A stretch of DNA of 64,000 bases from Laetmonice hystrix. Taxonomy: Eukaryota. The DNA lies in contig OZ249438.1 of the NCBI GenBank assembly GCA_965235115.1, positions 22,320,001-22,384,000 on the forward strand, written 5' to 3'. Of the stretch, positions 27,468 to 41,513 are shown in pieces. Below the pieces are notes generated by a model, which saw only the letters and a list, made by a program, of their open reading frames with translations, was not told where the DNA came from and did no database searches. Position 1 is the first letter of the stretch; every line of letters begins with the position of its first letter. Both the position numbers and the translations under genes were made by a program.

Positions 27468-29277
27468 ACTCCCCCTCTCACCTCCGTCTGAGATGAGGGA
27501 CACATCACCCCCCTCTCACCTCCGTCCGAGATGAGGGACGCATCATCCCACTCCCACCTCTGTCCGAGATGAGGGACACATCCTCCCCCCTCCCACCTCC
27601 GTCTGAGATGAGGGACACATCCTTCCCCCTCCCACCTCCGTCCGAGATGAGGGCCACATCCTTCGCCCTCCCACCTCCGTCCGGGATGAGGGCCACATCC
27701 TTCCCCCTCCCACCTCTGTCCGAGATGAGGGCCACATCCTTCCCCCTCCCACTCCGTCCGAGATGAGGGACACATCCTTCCCCCTCCAACCTCTGTCCGA
27801 GATGAGGGCCACATCCTTCCCCCTCCAACCTCCGTCCGGGATGAGGGACACATCCTTCCCCCTCCAACCTCCGTCCGAGATGAGGGACACGTCCATCGCC
27901 CTCCCACCTCTGTCCGGGATGAGGGCCACATCCTTCCCCCTCCCACCTGTCCGGGATGAGGGCCACATCCTTCCCCCTCCCACCTCTATCCGGGATGAGG
28001 GCCACATTCTTCCCCCTCCCACCTCTGTCCGGGATGAGGGCCACATTCTTCCCCCTCCCACCTCTGTCCGAGATGAGGGCCACATCCTTCCCCCTCCCAC
28101 CTCTGTCGGAGATGAGGGCCACATCCTTCCCCCTCCCACCTCTATCCGGGATGAGGGCCACATTCTTCCCCCTCCCACCTCTGTCCGAGATGAGGGCCAC
28201 ATCCATCCCCCTCCCACCTCTGTCCGGGATGAGGGCCACATCCTTCCCCCTCCCACATCTGTCCGGGATGAGGGCCACATCCTTCCCCCTCCCACCTCTG
28301 TCCGAGATGAGGGCCACATCCTTCCCCCTCCCACCCCTGTCCGGGATGAGGGCCACATCCTTCCCCCTCCCACCTCTGTCCGAGATGAGGGACACATCCA
28401 TCCCCCTCCCACCTCTGTCCGGGATGAGGGCCACATCCTTCCCCCTCCCACATCTGTCCGGGATGAGGGCCACATCCTTCCCCCTCCCACCTCTGTCCGA
28501 GATGAGGGACACATCCATCCCCCTCCCACCTCTGTCCGGGATGAGGGACACATCCATCCCCCTCCCACCTCTGTCCGGGATGAGGGCCACATCCTTCCCC
28601 CTCCCACATCTGTCCGGGATGAGGGCCACATCCTTCCCCCTCCCACCTCTATCCGGGATGAGGGCCACATTCTTCCCCCTCCCACCTCTGTCCGAGATGA
28701 GGGCCACATCCATCCCCCTCCCACCTCTGTCCGGGATGAGGGCCACATCCTTCCCCCTCCCACATCTGTCCGGGATGAGGGCCACATCCTTCCCCCTCCC
28801 ACCTCTGTCCGAGATGAGGGCCACATCCTTCCCCCTCCCACCTCTGTCCGGGATGAGGGCCACATCCTTCCCCCTCCCACCTCTGTCCGAGATGAGGGAC
28901 ACATCCATCCCCCTCCCACCTCTGTCCGGGATGAGGGCCACATCCTTCCCCCTCCCACCTCTGTCCGGGATGAGGGCCACATCCTTCCCCCTCCCACCTC
29001 TGTCCGGGATGAGGGCCACATCCTTCCCCCTCCCACCTCTGTCCGGGATGAGGGCCACATCCTTCCCCATCCCACCTCTGTCCGGGATGAGGGCCACATC
29101 CTTCCCCCTCCCACCTCTGTCCGGGATGAGGGACACATCCTTCCCCCTCCCACCTCTGTCCGGGATGAGGGCCACATCCTTCCCCCTCCCACCTCTGTCC
29201 GGGATGAGGGCCACATCATTCCCCCTCCCACCTCTGTCGGAGATGAGGGCCACATCCTTCCCCCTCCCACCTCCTCC
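27468..29277. repeat. 39-bp C-rich minisatellite, about 46 copies, with a higher-order duplication
   Basis: Unit ATGAGGGCCACATCCTTCCCCCTCCCACCTCTGTCCGGG. It generates the 489-582 aa ORFs on both strands. The left end is more degenerate, with indels. Confidence 0.98.
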
Positions 29278-29925
29278 TCACAATGATGAGTTATTAGTGG
29301 TGACTTGTACAGTGGTACGCACAGGAAGAAACTATGTATACCTGTGTATTAATGACATTCCACGGTTTAGCACGCGGCCATTTACTTTCCATGTGACATG
29401 CATGTACCTTGGTACCATAAAGTAACATGATGACGGTGCTGATCTAGTATAACATGTCCGGTGTCCCCGCACGAACAGTCTGCCCATGTTCAACCTGATG
29501 GTCAAATGTCCGGGTCACCACAGAGCATGTCCATGTCACAGACTCTATTCACAGCGAGTATAGCAGAATGGTATTCAAACTAAACACAGTTCAAAGTATC
29601 ATATGTGCCTCCATAAAGGCAGTCCTAACATTCCCTCATTACGGGTTTGATATTTGCTTTTTGTTCTCCGTACATGGATGGTCCTATGACCTTTAGTTCT
29701 TCTCCCAGGTGGTGCCAATGACCTTGGACATTTGACCATGGTCAGCCAAGGGGGCGGGTCGGGAGGGTGGGGTGAAAGGGGGTTCATAGTTGTGACAGGG
29801 CCTCATAAAACACTGGTCCCTCGGCCAACATACAAAAGGTGAGACTCCGCTAATCTGCGAACTGTTGACGCTCGTCTTTCTGCTGGAGGTCATAAACAGC
29901 AACCCTAGAAAGTTCAGCTGGCCGT

Positions 29926-30004
29926 CCGGGTTACGCCGGGTTAGCTCAGAGGTCCTGTCCATGCTCCCGGGTTACGCCGGGTTAGCTCAGAGGTCCTGTC
30001 CATG
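29926..30004. repeat. Perfect 38-bp direct duplication (period 41)
   Basis: CCGGGTTACGCCGGGTTAGCTCAGAGGTCCTGTCCATG at 29926 and at 29967. Confidence 0.95.
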
Positions 30005-31766
30005 TTCCCGTCTCATGGAGCCGCAAGTTCAGGCGAAATTAATTCCCGGCTTTGAGAGCGGAGGTGGGTGGTTGGGCGCCACTGACCCGGCCGGCGCTGG
30101 ACGGCCGACCGCCGGCCATTCAGGATACAACATGTCCGGTTCATCATGTTGTAAACCTTTGCCCCATCCTTTTCATCCAGACAGGCTGTCCACATCTTAA
30201 AGTGTCAACCCGCATTGCAAACAACACTTAGGTGGATATGTTGAAACTTTAAATTTGTTCAAGGATAAACGTATATCCGCAATAATGTAGGCCTATATAT
30301 GAGGAATGAGGCAGAACTTCAATTTTCTCTTCCGTTTAGGTTAGACTAGGTTGGTGTAAGAGTCGGGTGTTAGTGAAATTTATAAAGTCATGTTGAGTTA
30401 GATTGAAACATGAACCGTTTTAAGTTACTGGGTTAGGTAGCCTGTCTGACTACATTATTACAATGAGCCTGTTCCTTGAACCAGTCCGACTATACAATGG
30501 ACCTGCAGGGTCAACATATTTCTGGACTACACATTAATTTCCCCTGTGTATAAGCAACTATATCTCACATGCCAATCAGGCGGAGCTCAGTTCAGCGTTT
30601 ATTCTACATCAAAAAAAGTCCATGAGGTCTGACACAGCTGGTACGTTAACAGTATCAGTCCATCATATTCCTCCTATCAGGGCTGTGGTGTTTCATGCGA
30701 TGCCAACCACCATATTACCGGTCACTGTGTACTATTGTACGGTCCAAATTCAACCTGCCGTCCCTGCAGCAGCCAGCCAGTCACACACTAGCCACACCAA
30801 AAAAACGGGGGACGGAAGCTAAGGAACAGCTGGCCAGACCGACCACGTCTATGGGTGCACGCTGCCATGTCCTCTTGTAAGACCCACTGTGGTGGCAACA
30901 TGGCTCCGACCAATGGCCGCCATTGTCACATGTGCCGGTTACCGGCGGTTACGATCGACTGACCCTCTACCTTATCACCTGCCCATGTCAAACAAATTGT
31001 GTTGACCTCTCTATGTCAATGTCACCAAGTGGGACCATGTGACGGCCGCTATTATCAGAGGGAGAAAAAAATAAAAAAGATACGAAGAAGTCATTCAGCA
31101 CAACCAGCTGGACAGTGGGTAGGGGGTCGGGAACTGTGAATTACCCCGTCCGAGACGAAGGGTAATCGTTATATATCTTACGATTTCAATGATGTAGGTC
31201 TTCAAAGCGGAACCCATTGAGCAGCTGGATGTTGAACTGCTCAGTACCGCCATGATACTTCAGGGTGGAAAATCCAAACCGACCCACATGTCAAGTGTTT
31301 TAAACCACACAAGACATTTAAACTGCACCGTGATTATATAAGGATGTTTTGTTTTATTACTACTCACGAGATCCGCCCGCTGTTGGCATGAACGGAGACT
31401 AAATACCAATACCCATCGGTTCACTGGGGGTAAAAACTCACCTTATTAAATGAAGAGTTGGGCAAATAGTGCTGTTCGGTTAATGGGGCTTAAGAAGCAG
31501 AAAGCGGTCAGTGCGCCTCTGATGATGGAAGTTCTGCTCCACTGAGATTGAACTCTGTCAGCTTCTTGTAATCAATATCCGGGGCGTTTGCATCTAAAAT
31601 GTCAATCCCATGGAGACCAACTCCTAATCTAATTGATAAAGAAATTACACATCTGGGACAGACCAGCATAAAGTAAAACAATCTGTCAGTAGCTGCCTCA
31701 AGAGATGCAGTCATATGGAAGGTTCTTAAAACTACTGAGATTTATGTTTGCGGGAGGTTGGGAAGG

Positions 31767-31843
31767 GTAGGTTGGCTGGTTGGTTGGCTGGTAGGTTGGC
31801 TGGTTGGTTGGCTGTTTGGTTGGCTGTTTGGTTGGCTGGTTGG
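31767..31843. repeat. (TTGG/CTGG)-based simple repeat with about 12-bp periodicity
   Basis: GTTGGCTGGTTGGTTGGCTG... directly visible. Confidence 0.9.
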
Positions 31844-34020
31844 GGCCATGGATGTGTCCATGGAGCAGCCATGTTGGGAGCATGGTTTCACCGTATATAA
31901 CATGTGTACGTTGACCCTATGTTCTGCCCCACTTGATGTGCCAACCCATGGACTCGATCACAAAGGCACAATTTATCGATTCTCCGCCCTACCCTAGTGC
32001 TAAATGAAATATTCAAAAACGTGTGCGTGGCTTTCCAAGGCCTGCATAGGTTTTAAAAAAAATATAGGTGGCTGGACGCAGTCGGTCCGGACCTGGCTGA
32101 AGGCCTCAAAGCTCTGTGTTTATGTTTGTCTGAAAGTGACTTGCGGTCGCAGAGTATTATGAGATCCTATTTTGAATATGAGATGACTTTTGCAAAAGTA
32201 TTTTTTGATGTGTTTTGCGGTAGACCTTTTTCAATATCATGGCTGTGCTTTGATACCCAATACATTGGTATTGCACGGTTTGAGATAATAAATCCCGTAG
32301 CAACCACAAAGCCAATACATTTGTTTGCACACCATAGAAGACAGATGTTTCTTTTAAGGTCTTGCATATGCAAATCTAGCTTGTTCCCCATGACCAGTCA
32401 TTGGTGCACTTGAAAGTAGCGCTCGAGAGGGGACAACAGGCACTGGGGTGGCTGGCCCACCTCCCTCAAGTGCTACCCCTTTTACATCTAATTAAAGCAG
32501 AATTAAAATCATATATAATTAATAACTTGACCCGTGATGACAAGTGCATACCTCACAATTACGTGTTGAGTCAGAGTTTATCTAATCAATATTCACAGAT
32601 ATTTCCACTTGGTTTGCAGGGTTTCTGGTCATGTATGACGAAACCTTGCAGGACCCCATGTCCTGGTGACCCTGGTTGACCTGAGGCAGGTGTGATTGCT
32701 GGTAGCCGACCGGCAGTGGAGGAGCTGGCGTAACCCTCTGTAACTGGCATAACCCTTGGTAACCTGATGTAACGGGCCGCGCCAGACTACACCCCCTCAA
32801 CTACCCCCAAACAGACCCCCCTCCCCTCACCGACAGCCTTGTGCCACCCAGCACCGAGCTCCTCACCTGGTCCAGCCATGAGGAGGGGCGGGGGGGACCA
32901 CACCTGGCCGTCCTAGTCAAGTTCTACCTTTCCAGTCTGGTCACTGCACCGAGAGATAAAAAAAAGTTGGGTGTCGATATTCCCGCTCAGGAAGACCACA
33001 GGCCAACACTTGGCCATGACTCTGAATATGTATGACTATAGCTCGTGGACCAACACACAATACTTCCATGCTTATCACCAGCACTTCGATCTCATATCGT
33101 CGACCCACTGCCGACCCCCTACAGTGGTCAACTTTCGGCCGTGGTACACCGACAAGTAAATACCGCTGTACTTGGTGTCGGGGGGCGGGGGTGGGGGGTG
33201 GGGGTGGTACCAATAAACAGGTTGACTCAGACGTCCGACCGTCTGCCCACCCTCCCTCCCGTTGGACGTTGGTTAGCCGGCGCCACATCAACTGTCAGTT
33301 GGTGTGGACATGTGCTGGAGATGACACAGTGCATTACATTATATTACAGCACATTACACCCACATTGCATTACAGACTGGTCAATATAATGATCAGTGGT
33401 TAATGGCTTCTACATGGGTGAGGCCATTGTGGCCGGTCCGTGTGGCGCAAGGTGGATTAGCGGCCGCTCGGCCCCCGAGGTGGCCGTACAATGGCGGTGT
33501 GCACAACATCAAGCAAACATCCACGGCCAAACTGTTTATCTTCATCTCCATTGGTCATAAATACGGAATGCTTATGGTCGCCTCCTGGCCGTCTGGGGGC
33601 GGGTTGGTGGAGGGAGGGGGGAGGTTCTTGCCTTCTGATATGCGAACCCCTGTTCTCTGATCAAATCCTTTCATACAAAACTATTGGCATATGTCTCTGC
33701 CCTGACAACACCGCCAAAAAAGTGTGTTTAATGTCTCCAACTGGCCTTGCCCTTTCATTTTAAAAAGGGGAGTTATCAATACTCGTGACCATGGTACTGG
33801 TGATCCCAAATTAGGGCACTCTATATGATTGTGGCAGCGATGCCCATCATCCAGGGCCGGTCGACAACAGTAGGCTGGACACTGTATGTGTTTAGAATGA
33901 CAGGAGTCAAACCAGATACGCCTAGTTAGTAATATCGTGTCAGCAGTCAGCTCATCATTGTTGTCCACCATGAAGGTTCACCGTTTGGCCTCATACCAGC
34001 CATCCAGATAATATAATGAC

Positions 34021-34709
34021 GGTCCACTCAGCGCCCATACCCAGGGTCCACTCAGCGCCCATAACCAGGGTCCACTCAGCGCCCATACCCAGGCTCCACT
34101 CAGCGCTCATACCCAGGGTCCACCCAGCGCCCATACCCAGGGTCCACCAGCGCCCATACTCAGGGTCCACCCAGCGCCCATACCCAGGGTCCACTCAGCG
34201 CTCATACCCAGGGTTCACCCAGCGCCCATACCCAGGGCCAACCCAGCGCCCATACCAGGGTCCACCGGCGCTCATATCCAGGGTCCACTCAGCCATCATA
34301 CCCCATACCAGGGCCAACCCAGCGCCCATACCCAGGGTCCACTCAGCGCCCATACCCAGGGTCCACCCAGCGCCCATGCCCAGGGTCCACTCAGCGCCCA
34401 TACCCAGGGTCCACCCAGCGCCCATGCCCAGGGCCAACCCAGCGCCCATACTCAGGGTCCACCCAGCGCCCATACCCAGGGCCAACCCAGCGCCCATACC
34501 CAGGGTCCACTCAGCGCCCATACCCAGGGTCCACCCGGCGCCCATACCCAGGGCCCATACCCAAGGTCCAATCAGCGCCCACACCAGGGTCCACTCAGCG
34601 CCCATACCTATGCCATAGTTCACCCACTCATACACATGCAAGGTCCACCAAGCGCCCATGCCCAGCGCCCACACCCAGGGTCCATGCACCCAGCGCCCAT
34701 ACCCAGGGT
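34021..34709. repeat. 24-bp minisatellite, roughly 28 copies, degenerate
   Basis: Unit CCCAGGGTCCACTCAGCGCCCATA. It explains the PRVHSAPI and WTLGMGAE ORFs. Confidence 0.95.
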
Positions 34710-36122
34710 TAGGATGGCGCGGTCAGTAGGCGCAGGGCTTACACAACTAACCACACGGCCAAGATGGCAACTCCAAATTTGTTAGGGAACGCAACGGAGG
34801 GGGAGGACGGGGGGAGGAGGAGGAGGGGGAGTAGGAATGGTACTGACAGAGCTGCCAGGCTCCTCTCAAGGCTGTGAGTGATTCCAGTTGTGGCAGAGGT
34901 CCGCCGGCCGGAGCAGGAAGGGGCATGGGAAACTGGCTGGCTGCCCACGCCCCGTCCATGGTTGGAGCAGGCAGTGACCAGGGGACGAGCCGGGAGGGGT
35001 TGGTAACATTGGCGGTTGGTATGTGGCCTGGGCTGGGCCGGGGTCAGGCGGCGCCCTGCCGCCTGTATCAACTCCCCCGCTGAGACCAATACTCAACGCT
35101 ATGTAACAGTGTGCAGTCGACGCACCACTGGCATCTTCCCACCCGGGTCAGCCTTGGGGGGTGTGAGGGGGTGGGGGCTGGCTCCTCCAGACCCTGGACG
35201 CGAACTGGCTGTGGGGGTAATCCGGGGACATTTGTATAAATATAATCTCATCACTCATTCAACTGTCCACATGACATGGGGACCCATTACTGAGACATCT
35301 GACCACTAATGAAAACCAAATCAAGTCTCAGTGCCAGCATGGTGGTACTGATTCCACTTGTACAACCCGGTGTTCTCGAGTCCTCGAGAGATTTACAATC
35401 TCGTGCCATCCGAGCCGATTCAACAATGGGACACGACTTGAGGCACTTGAGACCCCAAAGGCAGTAGCTGACAAGTGTAACTGTCCTTGAGTAGAAGTTA
35501 TGGCTGGCCGGCCGGCCGGGCCTTATCCCCCATCGGTGGCTGAGTTACGATGTGAGGAAAGGGTTGGGGAAGTGCTGGTGTGGGGGCCCCAACCACTGCC
35601 AAATTTATGTCCGGCCTATAACCCCTGGCTAGACTCCTTCTGGTGGGCACTACCCCAGAGATCTATCAGCCACGCGGACGTAACTTCTCCTGCCCCCCTC
35701 CCCCTCCTCCAGACTGCTCCATGGTCTCTATCTCCAGGTGCTTCTCACGCTGGAGGAGGGACCCTCTACCATGGGGCTGGGTACGCTCCCAGCGCGAGAA
35801 GTTTGTTATGACAGGTGCGAGCATCCATGAGTTGAAGGCCTGCCCAGCCACAAGTATTAGCATGTAATTAGGACTCCAACAAACGGGGAGGGGGGTGGCT
35901 TGGATCCCAGGTAATGTCGACCCCTCGGTGGGTGGACATAAAAAATCAAACCTACAGCTCACTGTCTGAGACATGTAGTGATTAGTTACGGCCACGTGGA
36001 CGCATCCATGTACCTGACAGGTAATTACGATCTCTTGGAATGCTGCCCTAAGATAACAGTAATTGAGTAATTCATGCTGGACAAGTAGTGTCTGCAGGGG
36101 ATGCGTCTAACAAGGTTGAACG

Positions 36123-36137
36123 GCCACCTACTGGCCA
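36123..36137 (-). promoter_or_regulatory. CTCF-like site
   Basis: The minus strand reads TGGCCAGTAGGTGGC, close to the CTCF core TGGCCASYAGRKGGC. Motif match only. Confidence 0.3.
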
Positions 36138-39100
36138 CTGAAACCTGCAGATTTAGGGGGTGAATTTAATGGGCAAGTAATGGGACAAGCGGGAATAAAG
36201 GGACATTACTACAACGATGGTGGCAGGAAGACAGGTAGGGGTAGACCTTTAGATGGAGTGGAAATGAGCACCATCTTCTGCTATCATAACTTCCTAAAAT
36301 CTACTCGATGTTTTTCTCCCCTCCAAAAAAAGGTTTGGTTGGGCCCCTTAGAGATAGCTGCTCAATCTAAACCCGATAATTCATTGCCCGTGCTCCAGTT
36401 CCTGGAGGGGTCATACCCACAGATGATACAAACCTGTCACCCAAGTCAGCCACAACCCACAGAGGGTGTGATGAAACCTATAGGGTGGCTGCCGGCTGGC
36501 CGGGGTAAGGGATGGTGAAGGGGTGCGGGAGGGCAGAGGGTGGTGGAGGGGTGGGAGCAGGTAGGGAGGTAGGCACGTTCTCCGACCCCTACAAGAAGAG
36601 GACCTTACCGAACCTCAACCCTTCAGGTCGGCATGGATAGATAGGACGTACTGTGGGGGTCACCTGGCTAGTTTACGACCACAGTCAATCTCAGAGCGTG
36701 GCCCTCGGCTAGCAGAGAGATGTAGGAAGTAGTTCCCTCCCAAACTTGCCTTCCTAGAGTCCCGTCGTGCTCGCCAGATATCACAAGTGGGCTCCTGTGG
36801 TTTTCCACGACGTGTACTTCTACAGCGTCGGGCCTTTTTTCTAGGACACGTCACTTTGAGCTGTAAAGATGCTACACTCCTTTCTTGACCTTCTTGGTGT
36901 CTTTTTACCGACTGCACAGGCGAGTATCTCTCCTAAAGGTTCAGAAAAGTAGAATGCACTCTATCTCCAAGAAAACGGTTAACCTTTGAAGAGAGTGCAG
37001 CCTGCTGTTCCTTCCTGGTCATCTAAGACAGTGGAACCCCGTCAAGAGACAGAGAGTGGCGCTGTGAGTTGTTTAAAGTTTCAGGTCCTTTGACACGTGA
37101 AAGGTCCTTGGTCAGTGAGTTCATTGTGGTACTGGCAACACGTGGTTGTGTGATTGTGCGGTGGCCAGCGCCAGGGGTGGCCGGCGTGGGGTCCAGCTGC
37201 GAGGTCCGGCCCACCGTCCGGCAACAGTTGTCGTCGGTGGGCTGTCCGGTGGGCCGTCCCGTGGGCCGTCCCGTGGCTGGGGGAGGTGGTGGCCCCGTTT
37301 CGGGCCCAGGGTGCCCTCTGGTCGCGTGGTGGAGTGTGTGCGGTGGGGGTACGCGCTCTATCATTCTCCAGGACACTCGGGTCTCTGCCAGTCCTCCGGC
37401 GTGTCACACACCCCCTCCCTCCACCGTCTCCGCCTGTCAGAACCCCCGGTGCTATATGGACTTATGGACGGTGTCTGGGACGCCGTTGACCACCCCAGGT
37501 CAGACGTACCCCTGTCTGGGGGTAATTACGCTCTAATGGCCACCCTAACACTAGGAGGTCACGCAACTGGTCAACTGCCCCTTTGTGACCGGCGGCCGGA
37601 CTGGTCAAGACCCACCCCTGTTCTTTGTCAGCACTTTGCTGGACCAGCAGGGTGGGGGGTAATTACCCCGACGGGGTGCCTTCCCATCCGACTATTACGC
37701 CCTGGTGGTCAAGCTGGTGGTGGCTGGGCAGCAGGGTGAGAAGGAGTATAATAGGTGGTCGTCCTGTTTTTATTGCTCACCCTATTTACAATGAGCACAC
37801 TGTTATTACTCGGAGGCACTCGAGCGAGTTGGAGTTGGGAATATTTTAGCGAGGGCGTTATTTTGTTAATCAAATTAAACCAATATTGTGATAACTTCAT
37901 TCAGTAGAATAAATAAGTGGTCTTTAAAAGGAGGTTGGGTGTCAGCTTTTCCTAAAAGGGAAATTGAGAACCTTTGAAAAACATTGCAACATTACAATTT
38001 AAAGTAATCATTTGGGTAGTTTTCACATCTTCTAATACGGTAAGACCCCATCAATGATGGTTTGCACCAGCGTCACAAAAAATGCTCTTAACCCTTTTTA
38101 ACATTTGCAATCATTTTATGCTCCGTACATTTCTGAATGCAAACAAAAAACGAGGAGAATGAAGTGTTGTTTGTGTGACTGCGGGTAAAAACCTGACAGC
38201 ACTGACAAGTATTAATCCGCGGCGGGTTACACTGTAAATCAACAGGTTTCCTTTCTGGTAATCCATCCCATGAAATAGCTCCCTCAGAGTCTGAGGTTAT
38301 CCTTGAACTTGAGTTATGTCATGTATGTGACCAGTTTAATGACATCCTTGACTATCCTCTGTACACAGGTTGAGCCCATGTGTGTACAGGTGATCACAGA
38401 CCCAATCATCAGTGGAGTGGTTACATTCATGTACATGTCCATAGATGCTCACTTACTCTCTGCGTCCTGACTCAACACTAACGTACTGTTCTATATGTAT
38501 CAATCTTACAGTGGTTCTCACAATGGAAGTTCTCTTTCATCAGAGGCTAGCCCACCTGGGTCGCTCGAAGACAGCCAGGTCGGAGGAGGAGGAGACAAAG
38601 ATTCAGCTGAGCCAGGTGCGGAATGTGGGACCGATTCAAGTACCACGCCTATCGGGCAAAGGTGTGGCCACCACCCACCTCTGGCAAGGCTAACTTCACA
38701 GGGGCGTTGTAACAGGTATGGGGGAAATATAGGTAGAGAGGGCGACTGTTTCTACCACACCCACCCGGGATCACACCGGCTGACTGCCCTTCAAACATCT
38801 CACACCATGTGGTCAGTTCTAACCTGGGTCGGCCTGGAGAAAACATAGATAACCTGGCCACACTGGAGCGGGCCTCTGAACTAAGGGAACCCTATACCTC
38901 CGGCTGGATGAGGGTCACATCCCCAAAATAAATGCACGCCACAGGTCCGAGTCCCAAGATAGGGTCAGAAAATTAGGGGGCGAGGGCCGGGGGGTGGAGG
39001 TCAGGAGATATCTAGAGGTCAGAGTATAGGACCTGGTCAGTGGAAGACAAACAGGTAAAACTAGGCCAAGATCGAGCAAAATTAGTCCCTCTGCAACAAC

Positions 39101-39463
39101 AACTTTGGCACCTGTACAATTTCCGGCGCTGAAAATCAGTGGTAGAGAATTCTACGTTTTACTCCCACCTTGTCCTTCCAATTTATGAGTTCGCCGATAT
39201 TTACCGTATACGTATAGATCTGCCGAATATAGGCATACGCCTGCGAGTATACCCAGTCGAAGTTGGCTGCTTCATGACGATAATGAAAAAAAGGGCGAGT
39301 GGGCGCTGGCTATGTGAATCCTGTGACATGCGGACCTGCCACCCTCCCGCCTGCCCGTGAGACTGACATGAACGTCATCTACCTGCCCTACAGCGGCCAC
39401 GATCAGGTATCCCGACCGTAATTGGCGACAAAAATGGTTCCGTGTTGTTCTGTTGTTTCTCAG

Positions 39464-39480
39464 GATAGATTGGCTTACAG
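39464..39480 (+). other. Candidate 17-nt microexon
   Basis: cgtgttgttctgttgtttctcag|GATAGATTGGCTTACAG|gtgagt. Both splice signals are near consensus. Phase 0 reads DRLAY; the phase 1 frame has a stop. Confidence 0.3.
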
Positions 39481-41346
39481 GTGAGTGTGTGAGTGCGAGT
39501 CAGGCAGACGCCACTGCCCCCTCCCTCCCTGCCTTCAGCCACCCCTACCTTTACATCTCTGACCATACTCGTGGAGGGGGGGGGGTTCGGAGGGGGAGGG
39601 GGCAGGGTATGGCCAGATCATCCTTGATCTGTCCACTCAGGGATCAAAGCTCAATGTCTGCCAACTGAAGCACAGAAACAGAAGGTCATCCCTTTGAGGG
39701 TTTGACATAGGATCTATGATCGCCGGCCTGCTGCGGACTCGGCCAAACCACCCCCGCCCCCCCCCCCCCGCACCCACCCTCCCAACACATCTCCCTGCTG
39801 CATGTGTGCTTTCTCTCCAAACAGTGATGCATGCATGCCACCAAAAAAACAAACACACACTCACAAACACACACATATACAAAAAACGCGCGCCAGCCAC
39901 CTGAGTGTCCACATCATCTTCACTATACAGCTCAAGGCTTCCATCCCACTGGTCTGTGTGAATCTTCATCGGCCATCTTTTGGAGCGGGCCTTGTTTGAT
40001 AACAATCTAAATATTGACCCAGACTGATTGACAATGATCCTTGGTATGATCAGGCGTGGGCCGGCCTGCTGTGGATCCTAATGAATAGCTTGTCCAGATC
40101 CAATAGGACCTATCACTGATCTCCGCCCCACGGGTCGAGCATCAATGGACGATGGGCGGGCGCCGTTCTATAGCCGTGTGCCGCCATCAATCTGCCCGCC
40201 GCTCGATCCCCAGTGCCCAGCTTTATTGGCGCTTGAGTAGCTCTTTATCTGTCTACTGACCAGCGCGCGCTCGATGGCCGCCCGATGCCCCTTGGCCAAG
40301 CACGCAGCGCAGGCAGCTCAGCCTTAAACGGCGCTCAATCGTGGGCAAATTGACCACAACTATTTGCGGCCATTACCGGCTGTCCGGCAGGATATTTGCA
40401 AATGTCATGTAACAAGTCCGGATGAGACTCGCCTCGAACAAGTCTTAGAGGACTCGTAAGGAGATGACACTTGGCTGGAGATCAAAGCGGGCGGGGGTCA
40501 GTGTGAGTGGGCGATGGCATGACCATCATTGGTTTGTGATCTCTGCTGTCTGCCTGTCTGCTGCCTGTCCGCACGTGTAGCACGTACAGCCAGCCCTGCC
40601 TCCGGCCAGCGCTGCTGCTCACATGCACGCTACAATGACGACCCCCACCCACTGCACCCCCTCCCTCCCTCCACCCCACCCTATCGCTGGCCAGTTAGAC
40701 ACTGGTCAGGGCAATGTCGGCGCACACCAACTGGACATGTAATTTCGCCGCCGGCCACCATTGATCGCTACCTGAGATAGCCTAGTTTATTGATCCACCC
40801 AACTTTCCATGTGCACAGCGTGTCCGTGCATTTGTAGCCGCTGACCGACTGACCCTTCGATGGCAACAATACTGGCCGCGGCCATTTCACTCACTCCATC
40901 CATTATAGTCGGCAATTAGGATTCCCAAGGTCAATCGATACCAGTATCTTCGTGCAACATTATCCATTAATATCTGCATTAAAAATAATATTGACATTTT
41001 GGTGAGGCTGGTTTGGGCTGAGGCGGTGGGGACTGGTCGGGTTCCCATTCCACGGCTATCGTCGTGGCTATAGTGTTACCCCAGTGACCAGTCGACGAGA
41101 CCCATATAGTTTGACCTTCCCATTCTATGTCTGGACATAGACGGGTGAGAGTTGAGCTGAGGATATGTTCACACCCGTCAGTAGATCCCGTGCCCGACTC
41201 TCACCTCACCCCGCCCACTGCCCTTTTGCCGGGACACTGACCACAGTGGCCGGCTGAGATGATGAGTGTACCAGGCGGGCCAGCCGGTCAGTCGATCCAC
41301 CAGAACTGGTTTTACCTGAGGATCCCAACTTCCAGCCGCCGCTTAC

Positions 41347-41513
41347 CTTGGCTGACACCTTGGCTGGTCCAGAGAGTGAGCCAGTTAAGTTGATGACTTG
41401 TCGCAGTACCCAGGCAGGGATCACTTTCCTCCGCCGTTGCTGGTATCATTAGCCAGACAATAGTCGACATCTGGTTGCCAATCACAACACACATGGCCAC
41501 TGACACCATTTGG
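41347..41513 (-). CDS. Candidate exon (167 nt, phase 2-1), unknown product
   Basis: Acceptor tcttttgtacctgtcag| and donor AAG|gtaagc. One open frame: QMVSVAMCVVIGNQMSTIVWLMIP...SQGVSQ. No homology recognised. Confidence 0.18.

Noticed and set aside
27464-29425. ORFs of 489-582 aa on both strands
   Set aside because: The unit length of 39 bp is a multiple of 3 and has no stop in most frames, so several frames are open at once. There is no unique N- or C-terminal domain and variants show no codon-position pattern.
33991-34689. PRVHSAPI and WTLGMGAE repeat ORFs
   Set aside because: These are read-through of the 24-bp minisatellite, and indels shift the frame.
39899-40007. IVIKQGPLQK... resembling the start of a PH domain (minus strand)
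   Set aside because: The frame stops after 24 codons, before the conserved downstream part of the domain.
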